Shown: piece by piece, positions 13,901-28,361 of the stretch | Layout of the letters: the number at the start of each line of letters is the position of its first letter | How positions within the stretch are numbered: position 1 is the first letter of the stretch | NCBI RefSeq assembly: GCF_009914755.1 | Contig: NC_060940.1 | DNA: 64,000 bases | Source of the DNA: the human T2T-CHM13v2.0 reference genome, Homo sapiens | Reading direction: 5' to 3' (one strand) | Translations under genes and position numbers: made by a program | The notes under the pieces: generated by a model | What the model was told of the DNA's origin: nothing | Seen by the model: the letters and a program-made list of their open reading frames with translations, nothing else | Databases searched by the model: none

Positions 13901-16532
13901 CGTGTCCATTCGATGATTCCATTTGATTCCATATGATGATGATTCCATTCGATTCCATACGATGATGATTCCATTCGAGTCCATTCAATGGTGATTCCAT
14001 TCAATTCCATTCGATGATTCCTTTCGATTCCATTCAATGATGATGGCATTCGATTCCTTTCGATCATTCCCTTTGATTCCATTCAAATGTGATTTCATTC
14101 AAGTCCATTCGATAATTGCATTCGATTCCATTCTATGATGATTCCATTCGAGTCCATTTGATGATTCCATTCAATTCAAGTCAATGATGATTCCATTCGA
14201 TTCCACTCGATGATTCCATTGGATTCCATTCGATGATGATTCCATTCAAATCCATTCTATAATTCAATTCAAGTCCATTCGATGATGATTCCAATCGAAT
14301 CCATTCAAAGATTCCACTCAATTCCATTCGATGATGATTCCCTTAGATTCCATTCGATGATTCCACTTGATTCCATTTACGATGATTCCATTCGATTCCA
14401 TGTGATGATTCCATTCAATTCTATTCAATGATGTTTCCACTTGATTCCATTCGAACATGATTGCCTTTGATTCCATTCAATGATTCCATACGGTTCCATT
14501 TGATGATGATTCCATTCGAGTGCATTAGATGATTCCATTCGAGTCCATTCGATGATTCCATTCGATTCCATTCGATGTTGATTCTGTTCAAATCCATTCG
14601 ATGATTCCACTCGATTCCATTCGATGACTCCATTTGATCCCATTCGATGATTTCCTTTGATTCCCTTTGATGATCATTCCATTTGATTCAATTCGGTGAT
14701 TTCATTTGATTCCATTCAGTGATGTTTCCATTCAACTCCTTTCGATGATGATTCCATTCGTCTCCATTCGATTATGATTTCATTCAATTCCATTCGATAA
14801 TGATTCCCTTCAAGTCCATTCGATGATTCCATTCGATTCCATTCAACGATGATTTGATTCGTGTCCATTCGATGATTCCATTTGATTCCATTTGATGATG
14901 ATTCCATTCGAGTCCCTTTCATGATTCCATTCAATTCCATTCTCCGATGATTTCTTTTGAGCCCATTCAATGCTTCCACTCGATTCCATATGATGATGAC
15001 TCCATTTGATGAAATTCCATGATGATTCCATTCGCTTGCATTCGATGATGATTCCACTTGAGTCCGTTAGAAGATTCTATTCAATTACATTCCATGACGA
15101 TTCTGTTCGAGTCCATTTGATGATTCCATTAGACTCCATTCGACGATGATTCCATTCGATGTTATTCGATGATGATTCCATTCAACTCCATTCGATGTTT
15201 CCATTCGAGTTCATTCTATTATTCCATTAGATTCCATTCGATGATGATTCCATTCGATTCCATTTGATGATTGCATTCTATTTCATTTGATGATGATTCC
15301 ATTCGAGTCCATTCGATGATTCCATTCGAGTCCATTTAATGAATCCATTGGTTTCAATTCTATGATGATTACATTGGATTCCATACGTTGATGATTTCAT
15401 TCGATTCCATTCAATGATGATTCCATTCAATTCCATTCAATGATTCCATTCAATTCCATACGATGATGATTCCATTTGATTTGATTCGACAGTGAGCCAT
15501 TCGATTCAATTCCATGATGATTCTATTTGATTCAATTGGTTGACATTTCCATTCGATACCATTCGATGATGATTCCCTTTGATTCCATTCAAAGATGATT
15601 CCATTCTAGCCCATTCAATCATTCCATTCGATTCTATTCAATGATGATTCCATTCATGTCGATTTGGTGATTCCATTTGACTTCATTTGATGATGATTCC
15701 TTTCAAGTTCATTAGATGATTCCATTCGATTCCATTTGATGATGATCCCATTCGAGTCCATTCAGTGATTCCACTCGTTTCCATTCCATGATGATTCCAT
15801 TCCATTCCATTCAATGATTCCATTCGATTCCGTTTGATGATGATTTCATTCGAGTCCATTTGATGATTCCATTTGATTCCATTCGATGATGATTCCATTC
15901 GAGTCCATTCGATGATTCTATTCGAATCCATTTGATGATTTCTTTTGATTATATTTGGTGATGATTCCATTGGAGTCCATTCAATGATTCCATTCGATTC
16001 CAATCGATGGTGGTTCCATTAGAGTCCATTTAATGATTCCATTTGATTCCAGTCTCTGATGTTTACATTCGAGTCCATACGATGATTCCACTCAATTCCA
16101 TATGATGATGATTCCATTCGATTCCATTCGATGATTCCATTCTATTCTATTCAATGGTGATTCCATTCGAGTACATTAGATGATTCCATTCGATTCCATT
16201 CAATGATGATTCTACTTGTGTCCCTTAGATGATTCCACATGATTCCATTAGATGATGATACTATTTGAGCCCATCCAATGATTCCCTTCGATTCCATTCG
16301 ATGAGGATTCCTTTCGATTCAATTCATTGGTGATTCTATTCAATTCAATTCTTTGATTCAATTCCATTCCATTCGACAATGATTCCATTCGATTTCTTTC
16401 GATGATTCCACTCAATTTCACTTGACATTGATTCCATTCGATAACATTCAATGATTCCATTTGATTCCAGTGGATGATGATTGCCGTCGATTCCATTCGA
16501 TCACTCCATTCTGTTCCATTTGATGATGATTA
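10911..16532 (+). repeat. Diverged partial copy of the 11.8-kb long unit (homologous to ~17770-23555)
   Basis: Same marker order as the long unit: ATTATATTCGTGTCCAC, TTATGGCTATCG, TTAGGGTCC, then CTTAGTGAATCC through GATCACTCC. Offsets are 11613/18476, 12857/19759 and 16248/23270. It shares long-unit variants GGTGGTTCC, GTTTACATTC and GCCGTCG. Confidence 0.85.
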
Positions 16533-19500
16533 CATTCGATTCCATTCGATGACTCCATTCTGTTCCATTCGATGATGATTCCATTCGAGTCCATTCGATG
16601 ATTCCATTCGAGTCCATTTCATGATTCCATTGGGTTCAATTCGATGATGATTACACTGGATTCCATTCTATGATTCCATTCAATTCCATTCGTTGATGAT
16701 TCGATTCCATTCAATGATGATTCCATTTGAGTTCATTCGATGATTCTATTCGATTCCGTTCGTTGGTGATTCAATTCTATTATATTGGATGATTCCATTC
16801 GATTCCATTTGATGATGATTCCATTCGATTCCATTCGATGATGATTCCATTTGATTCCATTTGATGTTGATTCTATTCGATTCTATTCAATGATGATTCC
16901 ATTCGATTTCATTTGATGATTCTATTCGATTCCTTTCGATGATTCTATTCCATTCCATTCGATGATGATTCAATTCTCTTCCATTGGATGATTCCATTTT
17001 ATTCCATTCGACGATGACTCCATTTGATTCCATTCAATGATGATTCCATTCGATTCCATTCGGTGATTCCATTTGATTCCATTCGACGGTGAGCAATTTG
17101 ATTCAATTCCATAATGATTCTATTTGATTCAATTAGATGATGTTTCCATTCGAATCCATTCGGTGATGATTCCATTGGTATCCATTCGACGATGATTCCA
17201 TATGAGTCAATTCGATGATGATTCCATACGAGTCCGTTGGATGATAATTCCATTTGATTTCATTCAATCCTTCTATTCGATTCCATTTGATGATGATTCC
17301 ATCTGAATCCATTCTCCGATTCCATTCGATTTCATTCGATGCTTCTATTTGATTTCATTCGAAGATGATTCCTTTCAATTCCATTCATTAATTCCATTTG
17401 ATTCCATTCGATGATGATTCCATCCGATTCCATTGGATGATGATTCCACTCGAGTCCATTCGATGATTCCGTTCTAATCCATTCTATGATTCCATTCGAG
17501 TCCATTCGATGATTCCATTCGATTCCATTCAGTGATGATTCCATTTGATTCCATCTGATGATGATTTCATTTGATTCCATTCGATGATGATTCCATTGGA
17601 GTCCATTGAATGATTCAATTCAATTCCATTCCATGTGGATTCCATTCGAATTCATTCGATTATTCCATTCAAATCCCTTCGTTGATTCCATCTGATTCCA
17701 CTTGACGATGATTCCATTCAAGTCCAATCGATGATTCCATCCGGTTCCATTCAATGATTCCATTCGAGTCCATTTATGTATTATATTCGTGTCCACTTGA
17801 TGACTCACTCCATTCAATTCCATTTAATGATGATTCCATTTGATTCCATTTGATGATTCAGTTCGATTCCTTACAATGATTCCCTACGATTCCTTTCTAT
17901 GATGATTCCATTCGATTCCATTCATTGATGATTCCATTCGACTCCATTCGATGATGATTCCTTTCGATTCCATTTGACGATGTTTCCATTTGAGTCCATT
18001 CGATGATGATTCAATTCAGTTCTGTTCTATTATGAATCCATTCGATTTCATTCAATGCTTCTATTTGATTCCATTCGACGATGATTCCATCTCTTTCCCT
18101 TCGATGTTTCCATTTGATTCCATTCAGTGATGATTCCATTTGATTCCATCTGATGATGATTTCACTTGATTCATTTCAATGATGATTCCATTCAAGTCCA
18201 TTCGATGATTCCATTGGAGTCCAAACGATCATTCCCTTCGATTCCATTCAATGATGATTCCATTCATGTCCATTCAATGAATCCTTTCAATTCCATTCGA
18301 TGATGACTCCATTCGAGTACATTCGATGATTCCATTTGATTCCATTTGATGATGATTACATTCAATTCCATTCGAAGATGATTTCATTCAATTCCACTTG
18401 ATGATGATTCCGTATGAATCCATTCGCTGATTATTCCATTCGATTCCATTCATTGACGATTCCATTCGATTCCATTCAATGATGATTCTCTTCTATTCCA
18501 TTCGATGATTCCGGTCGATTCCATTCGATGATGATTCCATTAGATTCCATTCGATTGTTGCATTCGATTCCCTTCGATGATGATTCCTTTGAATTCCATT
18601 CGATTATCATTCCGTATGAATCCATTTGATGATTATTCCATTGGATTCCTTTCGATGATGATTCCATTCGATTCCATTTGATGATGTTTCTCATGTATTC
18701 CATTTGATAATTCCTTTCAATTCCCTTCGATGATGATTCTTTCGAGTCAATTGGATGATTCTATTCCATTCCCTTCGATGATGATTCCGTTTCACTCCAT
18801 TCGATGATTCCATTCGATTCAATTTGGTGATGATTCAATTCGATGACATTCGATGACTCCATTCAATTTCATTTGATGATGATTACATTCGAGTCCATTT
18901 GATGATTGTATTCCTTTCCTTTTGATGATTATTCCATTCGTGTCTATTCAAAGATTCCATTCTATTCCATTCAATGATGATTCCAATTGATTCCATTCAA
19001 TGATTATGGCTATCGATTCCACTCGTTGATTCCATTTGATTCCATTCGATGATTATTCCGTTAGATTCCATTAGGAGATTCCATTCGATTTTATTCAATG
19101 ATTCCAATTGATTCCATTCAATGATGATTCCATTCGACTCCATTCAGTGATTCCATTTGAGTCCATTTGATGATTCCATTCGAGTCCATTTGATGATTCC
19201 ATTCTTTTCCATTTGATGATGATTCCATTAGGGTCCATTCAATGATTCCATTCGAGTCCATTCGTTAATGCCTTTCGAGTCCTTTTGATCACTACATTCG
19301 AGTCCATTCAATGATTCTATTCGATTCCATTCCATGATGATTCCATTCGAGTTCATTCGATGATTGCATTCGAGTCCATTTGATGATTCCATATGATTCC
19401 ATTCGACAATGATTCCATTCGTGTCCATTTGATGATTCCATTCATTTCCTATCGATGAAGATTCCATTCGAGTGTATTCGATGATTCCATTCAAATCCAT

Positions 19501-22500
19501 TCGATGATGATTCCATTCCAGTCCATTCGATCATTCCACTTGATTCCATTTGATGACTATTCCATTCAAATCCATTTGATGATTCCATTCGATTCCATTC
19601 GATGTTACCATTCCAGTATATACGATGATTCCACTCGATTCCATTTGATGATTATTCCATTGGAGTCGACTTAGTGAATCCTTTAGATTCTACTCGAAGA
19701 TGATTCCATTCGAGTCCATTCGATGATACCATTCAATTCCATTCGTTGATGCTTCCATTCAAGTGCATTCGATGATATCATTCGATTCCATTTGATGATA
19801 ATTCCATTTGATTCCATGTGATGATTCTATTCCATTCCATTCAATGATAATTCCATTCAATTCAGTGATTCCTCTGGACTCCATTTGATGATGATTCCAT
19901 TCAATGATTCCATTCGATTCTATTCGAAAATGATTCCATTTGAATCCATTTGATGATGATTCCATTCGATTCCATTTGATGATTCCATTCGATTCCATTC
20001 AACGATGATTCCATTCGATTCCATTTGATGATTCCATTCTATTCTATTCGATGATGATTCCATTCGATTCCATTCGATGATGATTGGATTCGATTCCATT
20101 TGATGATTTCATTTGATTCCATTCGATGATGATTTCGATCAATTCCATTCGATGATTCCATTCGATTCCATTTGATAATGATTACATCCGAGTCCATTTG
20201 ATGATTCCATTTGAGCCCGTTCGATAATTCCATTTGAGTCCAATCAATGATTCCATTCATTTCCATTCAATGATTCCATTCGAGTCCATTTGATCATTCC
20301 GGTAGGGTCCGTTCGATGTTGATTCCATTGGAGTGCATTCGATGATTCCATTCGAGTCCATTTTAGGATTTGATTCGAGTCCTTTCGATGATTCCATTCG
20401 ATTCCACTCGATGCGATGATGATTTCATTCGAGTCCATTCGACACTTCCAATCGATTCCATTTGATGTTTCCATTCGAGTCCAATTGATGATTCCATTCA
20501 ATTCCATTCGATGATGATTTCGTACGATTCCATTCTGTGATGATTCCATGTGATTGCATTCAATGATGATTCCTTTCGATTGCATTCGATTATGATTCAT
20601 TTCGTGTTCATTCTATGGTTCCACAGGTTTCACATCGTGTCCATTCCATTATTCCATTCTATTCCATTTGATGATGATTCCATTCGATTCCATTCATTGG
20701 TGATTCCACTCAATTCCATTCAATGATTCCATTCCATTTCTTTCAACAATGATTCCATTAGTTTCTAATCGATGATCCACTTGATTCCATTTGACGATGA
20801 TTCCATTCGTGTCCATTCGATGATTCCATTTGATTCCATATGATGATGATTCCATTCGATTCCATACGATGATGATTCCATTCGAGTCCATTCAATGGTG
20901 ATTCCATTCAATTCCATTCGATGATTCCTTTCGATTCCATTTGATGATGATGGCATTCGATTCCTTTCAATCATTCCCTTTGATTCCACTCAAATGTGAT
21001 TTCATTCAAGTCCATTCGATAATTGCATTCGATTCCATTCTATGATGATTCCATTCGAGTCCATTTGATGATTCCATTCAATTCAAGTCAATGATGATTC
21101 CATTCGATTCCATTCGATGATTCCATTGGATTCCATTCGATGATGATTCCATTCAAATCCATTCGATAATTCAATTCACGTCCATTCGATGATGATTCCA
21201 ATCGAATCCATTCAAAGATTCCATTCAATTCCATTGGATGATTCCCTTAGATTCCATTCGATGATTCCACTTGATTCCATTTACGATGATTCCATTCGAT
21301 TCCATGTGATGATTCCATTCAATTCTATTCAATGATGTTTCCATTTGATTCCATTCGACCATGATTGCCTTTGATTCCATTCAATGATTCCATTCGGTTC
21401 CGTTTGATGATGATTCCGTTCGATTCCATTTGATGATTCCATTTGATTCCATTGGATGAGTCCATTCGATTACATTCGATGATTATTCCATTCGAGTGCA
21501 TTAGATGATTCCATTCGAGTCCATTCGATGATTCCATTCGAGTCCATTCGATGATTCCATTCGATTCCATTCGATGTTGATTCTGTTCAAATCCATTCGA
21601 TGATTCCACTCGATTCCATTCGATGACTCCATTTGATCCCATTCGATGATTTCCTTTGATTCCCTTTGATGATCATTCCATTTGATTCAATTCGGTGATT
21701 TCATTTGATTCCATTCAGTGATGTTTCCATTCGACTCCATTCGATGATGATTCCATTCGACTACATTCGATTATGATTTCATTCAATTCCATTCGATAAA
21801 GATTCCCTTCGAGTCCAATCGATGATTCCATTCGATTCCATTCAACGATGATTTGATTCGTGTCCATTCGATGATTCCATTTGATTCCACTTGATGAGGA
21901 TTCCATTCGAGTCCATTTGATGATTCCATTCAATTCCATTCTCCGATGATTTCTTTTGAGCCCATTCAATGCTTCCACTCGATTACATATGATGATGACT
22001 CCATTCGATGAAACTCGATGATGTTTCCATTCGCTTGCATTCGATGATGATTCCACTTGAGTCCGTTAGAAGATTCTATTCAATTACATTCCATGACGAT
22101 TCCGTTCGAGTCCATTTGATGATTCCATTACACTCCATTCGACAATGATTCCATTCAATGTTATTCGATGATTCCATTCGATCTCATTCGATGATGATTC
22201 CATTCAACTCCATTCGATGTTTCCATTCGAGTTCATTCTATTATTCCATTAGATTCCATTCGATGATGATTCCATTCGATTCCATTTGATGATTGCATTC
22301 TATTTCATTTGATGATGATTCCATTCGAGTCCATTCGATGATTCCATTCGAGTCCATTTAATGAATCCATTGGTTTCAATTCTATGATGATTATATTGGA
22401 TTCCATTCGTTGATGATTTCATTCGATTCCATTCAATGATGATTCCATTCAATTCCATTCAATGATTCCATTCAATTCCATACGATGATGATTCCATTTG

Positions 22501-25500
22501 ATTTGATTCGACAGTGAGCCATTCGATTCAATTCCATGATGATTCTATTTGATTCACTTGGTTGACATTTCCATTCGGTTCCATTCGATGATGATTCCAT
22601 TTGATTCCATTCAAAGATGATTCCATTCTAGCCCATTCAATCATTCCATTCGATTCTATTCAATGATGATTCCATTCATGTCGATTTGGTGATTCCATTT
22701 GACTTCATTTGATGATGATTCCTTTCAAGTTCATTAGATGATTCCATTCGATTCCATTTGATGATGATCCCATTCGAGTCCATTCAGTGATTCCACTCGT
22801 TTCCATTCCATGATGATTCCATTCCATTCCATTCAATGATTCCATTCGATTCCGTTTGATGATGATTTCATTCGAGTCCATTTGATGATTCCATTTGATT
22901 CCATTCGATGATGATTCCATTCGAGTCCATTCGATGATTCTATTCGAATCCATTTGATGATTTCTTTTGATTATATTTGGTGATGATTCCATTGGAGTCC
23001 ATTCAATGATTCCATTCGATTCCAATCGATGGTGGTTCCATTAGAGTCCATTTAATGATTCCATTTGATTCCAGTCTCTGATGTTTACATTCGAGTCCAT
23101 ACGATGATTCCACTCAATTCCATATGATGATGATTCCATTCGATTCCATTCGATGATTCCATTCTATTCTATTCAATGGTGATTCCATTCGAGTACATTA
23201 GATGATTCCATTCGATTCCATTCAATGATGATTCTACTTGTGTCCCTTAGATGATTCCACATGATTCCATTAGATGATGATACTATTTGAGCCCATCCAA
23301 TGATTCCCTTCGATTCCATTCGATGAGGATTCCTTTCGATTCAATTCATTGGTGATTCTATTCAATTCAATTCTTTGATTCAATTCCATTCCATTCGACA
23401 ATGATTCCATTCGATTTCTTTCGATGATTCCACTCAATTTCACTTGACATTGATTCCATTCGATTCCATTCAATGATTCCATTTGATTCCAGTGGATGAT
23501 GATTGCCGTCGATTCCATTCGATCACTCCATTCTGTTCCATTTGATGATGATTACATTCGATTCCATTTGATGATTCCATCTGATTCTATTCGAGGATTC
23601 CATTTGATTCCATTCGATGATGATTCCATTCGAGTCCATTCGATTATTTCATTCGAGTACATCCAATGATTCCATTCGAGTCCATTTGATGATTCCATTT
23701 CATTCCATTTGATTATGATTCTACTAGAGTCCATTCAATGACTCCATTCGAGTCCATTCAACAGTTCCATCCGAGTCCATTCGATGATTCCATTCGATTC
23801 CATTTGATGATTCCATTCGAGTCCATTTAATCATTACAGTCGAGTCCATTTGGTGATTCCACTGGATTTCTTTTGATAATGATACCATTCAATTACATTT
23901 GATGATGATCCCATTCAATTTCATTTGATGATGATTCCATTAGAGTCCATTCCATGATTTCATTCGAGTCCCTTCATTGATTCCATCCGATTTCATTTCA
24001 TGATGACTCCATTCGAGTCCATTCGATGATTCCACTCGATTCCTTTAGATGATTCCATTGGAGTCCATTTGATTGTTCCATTCGATTCCATTCGATTCCT
24101 TTCGAAGATTATTCCATTTGAGTCCATTCGATGATGATTCCATTCCATTCCATTCGATGATTCCGTTTGATTCCATTCGATGATTCCCTGCGATTCCTTT
24201 CTATGATGATTCCATTCCATTCCATTCAATGATTCCATTCGAATCTATTCCATGATGATTCCTTTCGATTCCATTCGCTGATGTTTCCGTTCAATTCCAT
24301 TCGATGATGATTCCATTCGATTCCATTCATTGAGGATTCCATTGGATTCCATTCAATGATGATTCCATTCTATTCCATTCAATGATTGCATTCAATTCCA
24401 TTCAATGATTATGCCATTAGAGTAAATTCAACGATTCCATTCAATACCATTCGATGATGATTCCTTTTGAGTCCATTCAATGATTTCATTCAAGTCCATT
24501 TGATGATTCCTTTCAATTCCATTCCATGATGATTCCATTCGAGTCCATTCGATGATTCCATTCGATTGCATTCGATGATTCCATTATATTCCATTCAACG
24601 ATGATTCCATTCGAGTCCATTCGATGATTCCATTAGAGTACATTTAATGATTGCTTTGTTTTCAATTCGAAGATGATTACATTGGATTCCATTCTATGAT
24701 TCCATTCGATTCCATTCATTGATGATTCCACGCAATTCCATTCGATGATGATTCCATTCGATTTCAATGATTCTACTCGATTCCATTCAATGATGATTCA
24801 ATTCTATTCCGTTTGATGATTCCATTAGATTCCATTCTATGATGATTCCATTCGAGTCCATTCGAAGATTTCATTCGATTACATTCCATGACGATTCCAT
24901 TCGAGTCCATTCGATGATTCCATTTGAATCCATTCGACGATGATTCCATTTGATGCTATTCGATGATTCCATTGGATTCCATTCGATGATGATTCCATTC
25001 GACTTGATTTGATGTTTCTATTTGAGTCCATTCGGTTATTTTATTAGACTACATTCGATGATGATTCCATTCGATGCCATTCAATGATTCCATTTGATTC
25101 CACTCAATGATGATTGCATTCGTGTCCATTCGATGATTCCATTTGGTTCCATTTGATGATGATTCCATTCGAGTCCATTCGATGATACCATTCAATTCCA
25201 TTCGATGATCATTCCATTCGAATCCATTTGATGATTCCACTCAATTCCATTTGATGACTCCTTTCATTCCCATTCGATGATTCCCTTCAGTTCCAATTGG
25301 ATGATCTTTCCATTTGATTCAATATGGTGACTCCATTCTATTATATTCAATGATGATTCCATTCGACTCCATTAGATGATGACTCCATTCCATTCCATTC
25401 GATTGTGATTTCATTCGATTCCATTCGAAGATGATTCCATTCGAGTCCATTTGATGATTCCATTCGATTCCATTCAATGATGATTCCACTCAAATCCATT

Positions 25501-28361
25501 GGATGATTCCATTCGTTTCCAATCGGTGATTTCATTAGATTCCATTCGAGGATGATTCTATTCGAGTCCATTCAATGATTCCATTGGATTCCGTTTGATA
25601 ATGATTCCATTAGAGTTCATTCGATGATTCCCTTCGAGTCCATTCGATTATTCCTTTTGATTCCATTTGATGATGATTCCATTCGATTCCATTCAATGAT
25701 TCCATTCCATTCCATTCGATGATGATTCCATTCGATAATGATTACATTCGAGCCCATGTGATGATTCCATTAGATTCTATTCAATGATGATTCCATTCGA
25801 CCACATTCGATGATGGCATTCGAGTCCATTCGATGATTTCACTCGATTCCACTTGATGATGATTCCTTTTGAGTCCATTTGATGATTACATTCGAGTCCA
25901 TGAGATGACTCCATTCGATTCCATTTCATGATGATGCAATTCGAGGCTATTCGATCATCCCATTTTAGTGCATTCGGTGATTCTCTTTTATTACATTCGA
26001 TGAGGGCTCCATTCGAGTCCATTCAATGATTCCATTAGATTCCACTCGATGATGATTCCATTTGAGTCCATTCAAAGATTCCTTTCGAGTCCATTCGATA
26101 ATTCTATTGGATTCCACTAGGTGATGATTCCTTTCGAGTCAATTCGATGATTCCTTTCAAGTGCCTTCAATGATTCCATTCGATTCCATTCGATGACGAT
26201 TCATTTCAAGTCCATTCAATGGTTCCATTCTGTTGAATTTGATGGTTCCATTTGATTCCATTCGATGATGATTCCATTCGTGTCCATTGGATGATTCCAT
26301 TCGATTCCTTTCGAGGAAGATTCCATTCGACTCCATTCGATGATTCCGTTCGATTCCATTCCATGATGATTCCATTTGATTCCATTCCATGATTCCATTC
26401 GATACCATTCGATGATGATTCCATTCGACTCCATTTGATGAATCCATTCAATGCTTCCATTCGAGTCCATTCGATGATTCCATTCGATTCCATTCCATGA
26501 AGATTCCATTCGAGTACATTTGATGATTCCATTTAATTCCATAGGATGATGATTCTATTAGGGTCCGTTGACTATTCCATTCAATTCCATTCGAAGATTC
26601 CATTCGAGTCCACTCGATGATTCTATTTGATTCCATTTGATAATTCCATTCGATTCCATTTGATGTTGATTCCATTCGAGTCCATTCGATCATTATTACA
26701 TTTGATTCTATTCGATGATTCCATTCGATTCCATTTGATGAGGATTCCATTCGAGACCATTTGATGATTCCATTCAATTCCATTGGATGATTCCAATATT
26801 TTCCATTAGATGATGATTCCATTCGATTCCATTCAATGATGATTCCATCAGAATCCATTCGATGATGACTCCTTTTGCTTCCATTCAATGATCATTACAT
26901 TCGGTTCCATTCGATGATGATTCCTTTGGATTCCATTCGATGATGCTTCCATTCGATTCCATTTGATGATGATTCTTTTCGATTCCATTTGATGATGATT
27001 CCATTTGATTCCATTCGATGGTGATTCCATTTGATGATTCCATTCGATTGTATTCGATGATGATTCCACTCGATTCTATTTGATGATGACTGCATTCGAT
27101 TCCATTTGATGATTCCATTTGATTCCATTCGATGATGATTCTGATCAATTGCATTCGATGATCCATTCGATTCCATTTGATGGTTCCATTTGATTCCATT
27201 TGATAATGATTCCTTTCGAGTCCATTCGATGATTCCATTTGCGGATATTCGATAATTCCATTTGAGTCCAACCGATGATTCCATTCGAGGCCATTCAATC
27301 ATTCTTTTTGAGTCCTTTCGATAAAGATTCCATTTTAGTCCATTCAATAATTCCACTGGAGTCCATTCGATGATTGCTTTTAATTCCATTCGATGATATT
27401 CCATTCGAGTCCATTCGATGATTCCATTCGTTGCTATTAGATGATGATTCCATTCATGACCATTTGGTGATTCCATTCGATTTCATTCGTTGATGATTCC
27501 ATTCGAGTCCATTCCATGATTCCATTCAAGTCCATTTGATGATTTCTTTGAATTCAATTCGATGATGATTCCATTCGAGTCCATTCGATGATTCCATTCA
27601 GTTCCATTCGATGATGATTCCTTTCGAGACCATATGATGATTCCATTTGATTTCATTCGATGATGATTCCATTCGATTCCATTCGATGATTCCATTCTAT
27701 TCCATTCGATGATGATTCCATTCGAGTCCATTTAATGATTCCGTTGGGTTCAATTCAATGATGATTACATTGGATTCTCTTCTATGATACCATTCAATTC
27801 CGTTCATTGACAATTTGATTCCATTCGATGATGATTCCATTTGAGTTCATTCGATGATTCTATTCGATTCTCTTCGATGGTGATTCAATTCTATTATATT
27901 GGATGATTCCATTCGATTCCATTTGATGTTGATTCAATTCGATTCTATTCGATGATGATTCCATTGGATTTCATTTGATGATTCTATTCGATTCCATTCA
28001 ATGATGATTCACTTCTCGTCCATTGGATGATTCCATTTCATTCCATTCGATGATGATTCCATTCGATTCCATTCGATGATTCCATTTGATTCCATTCGAC
28101 GGTGAGCAATTCGATTCAATTCCATGATGATTCTATTTGATTCAGTTAGATGATGTTTCCATTCGAATCCATTCCATGATTATTCCATTGGAATCCATTC
28201 GGCGATGATTCCATATGAGTCAATTCAATGATGCTTCCATATGGGTCAGTTCGATGATAATTCCATTTGATTTCATTCGATGCTTCTATTCAATTCCAGT
28301 CGATGATGATTCCGTTGGAGTCCATACGATGACTCCATTTGATTTCATTTGATGATGATTC
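16533..28361 (+). repeat. 11.8-kb HSat2 long unit, full copy A (11,829 bp)
   Basis: Pseudo-ORFs recur at +11829 before a 4-bp ACTC insertion at ~17805 (16999/28828, 17620/29449) and at +11825 after it (18476/30301, 23270/35095, 26895/38720, 27483/39308), with near-identical translations. Confidence 0.92.
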
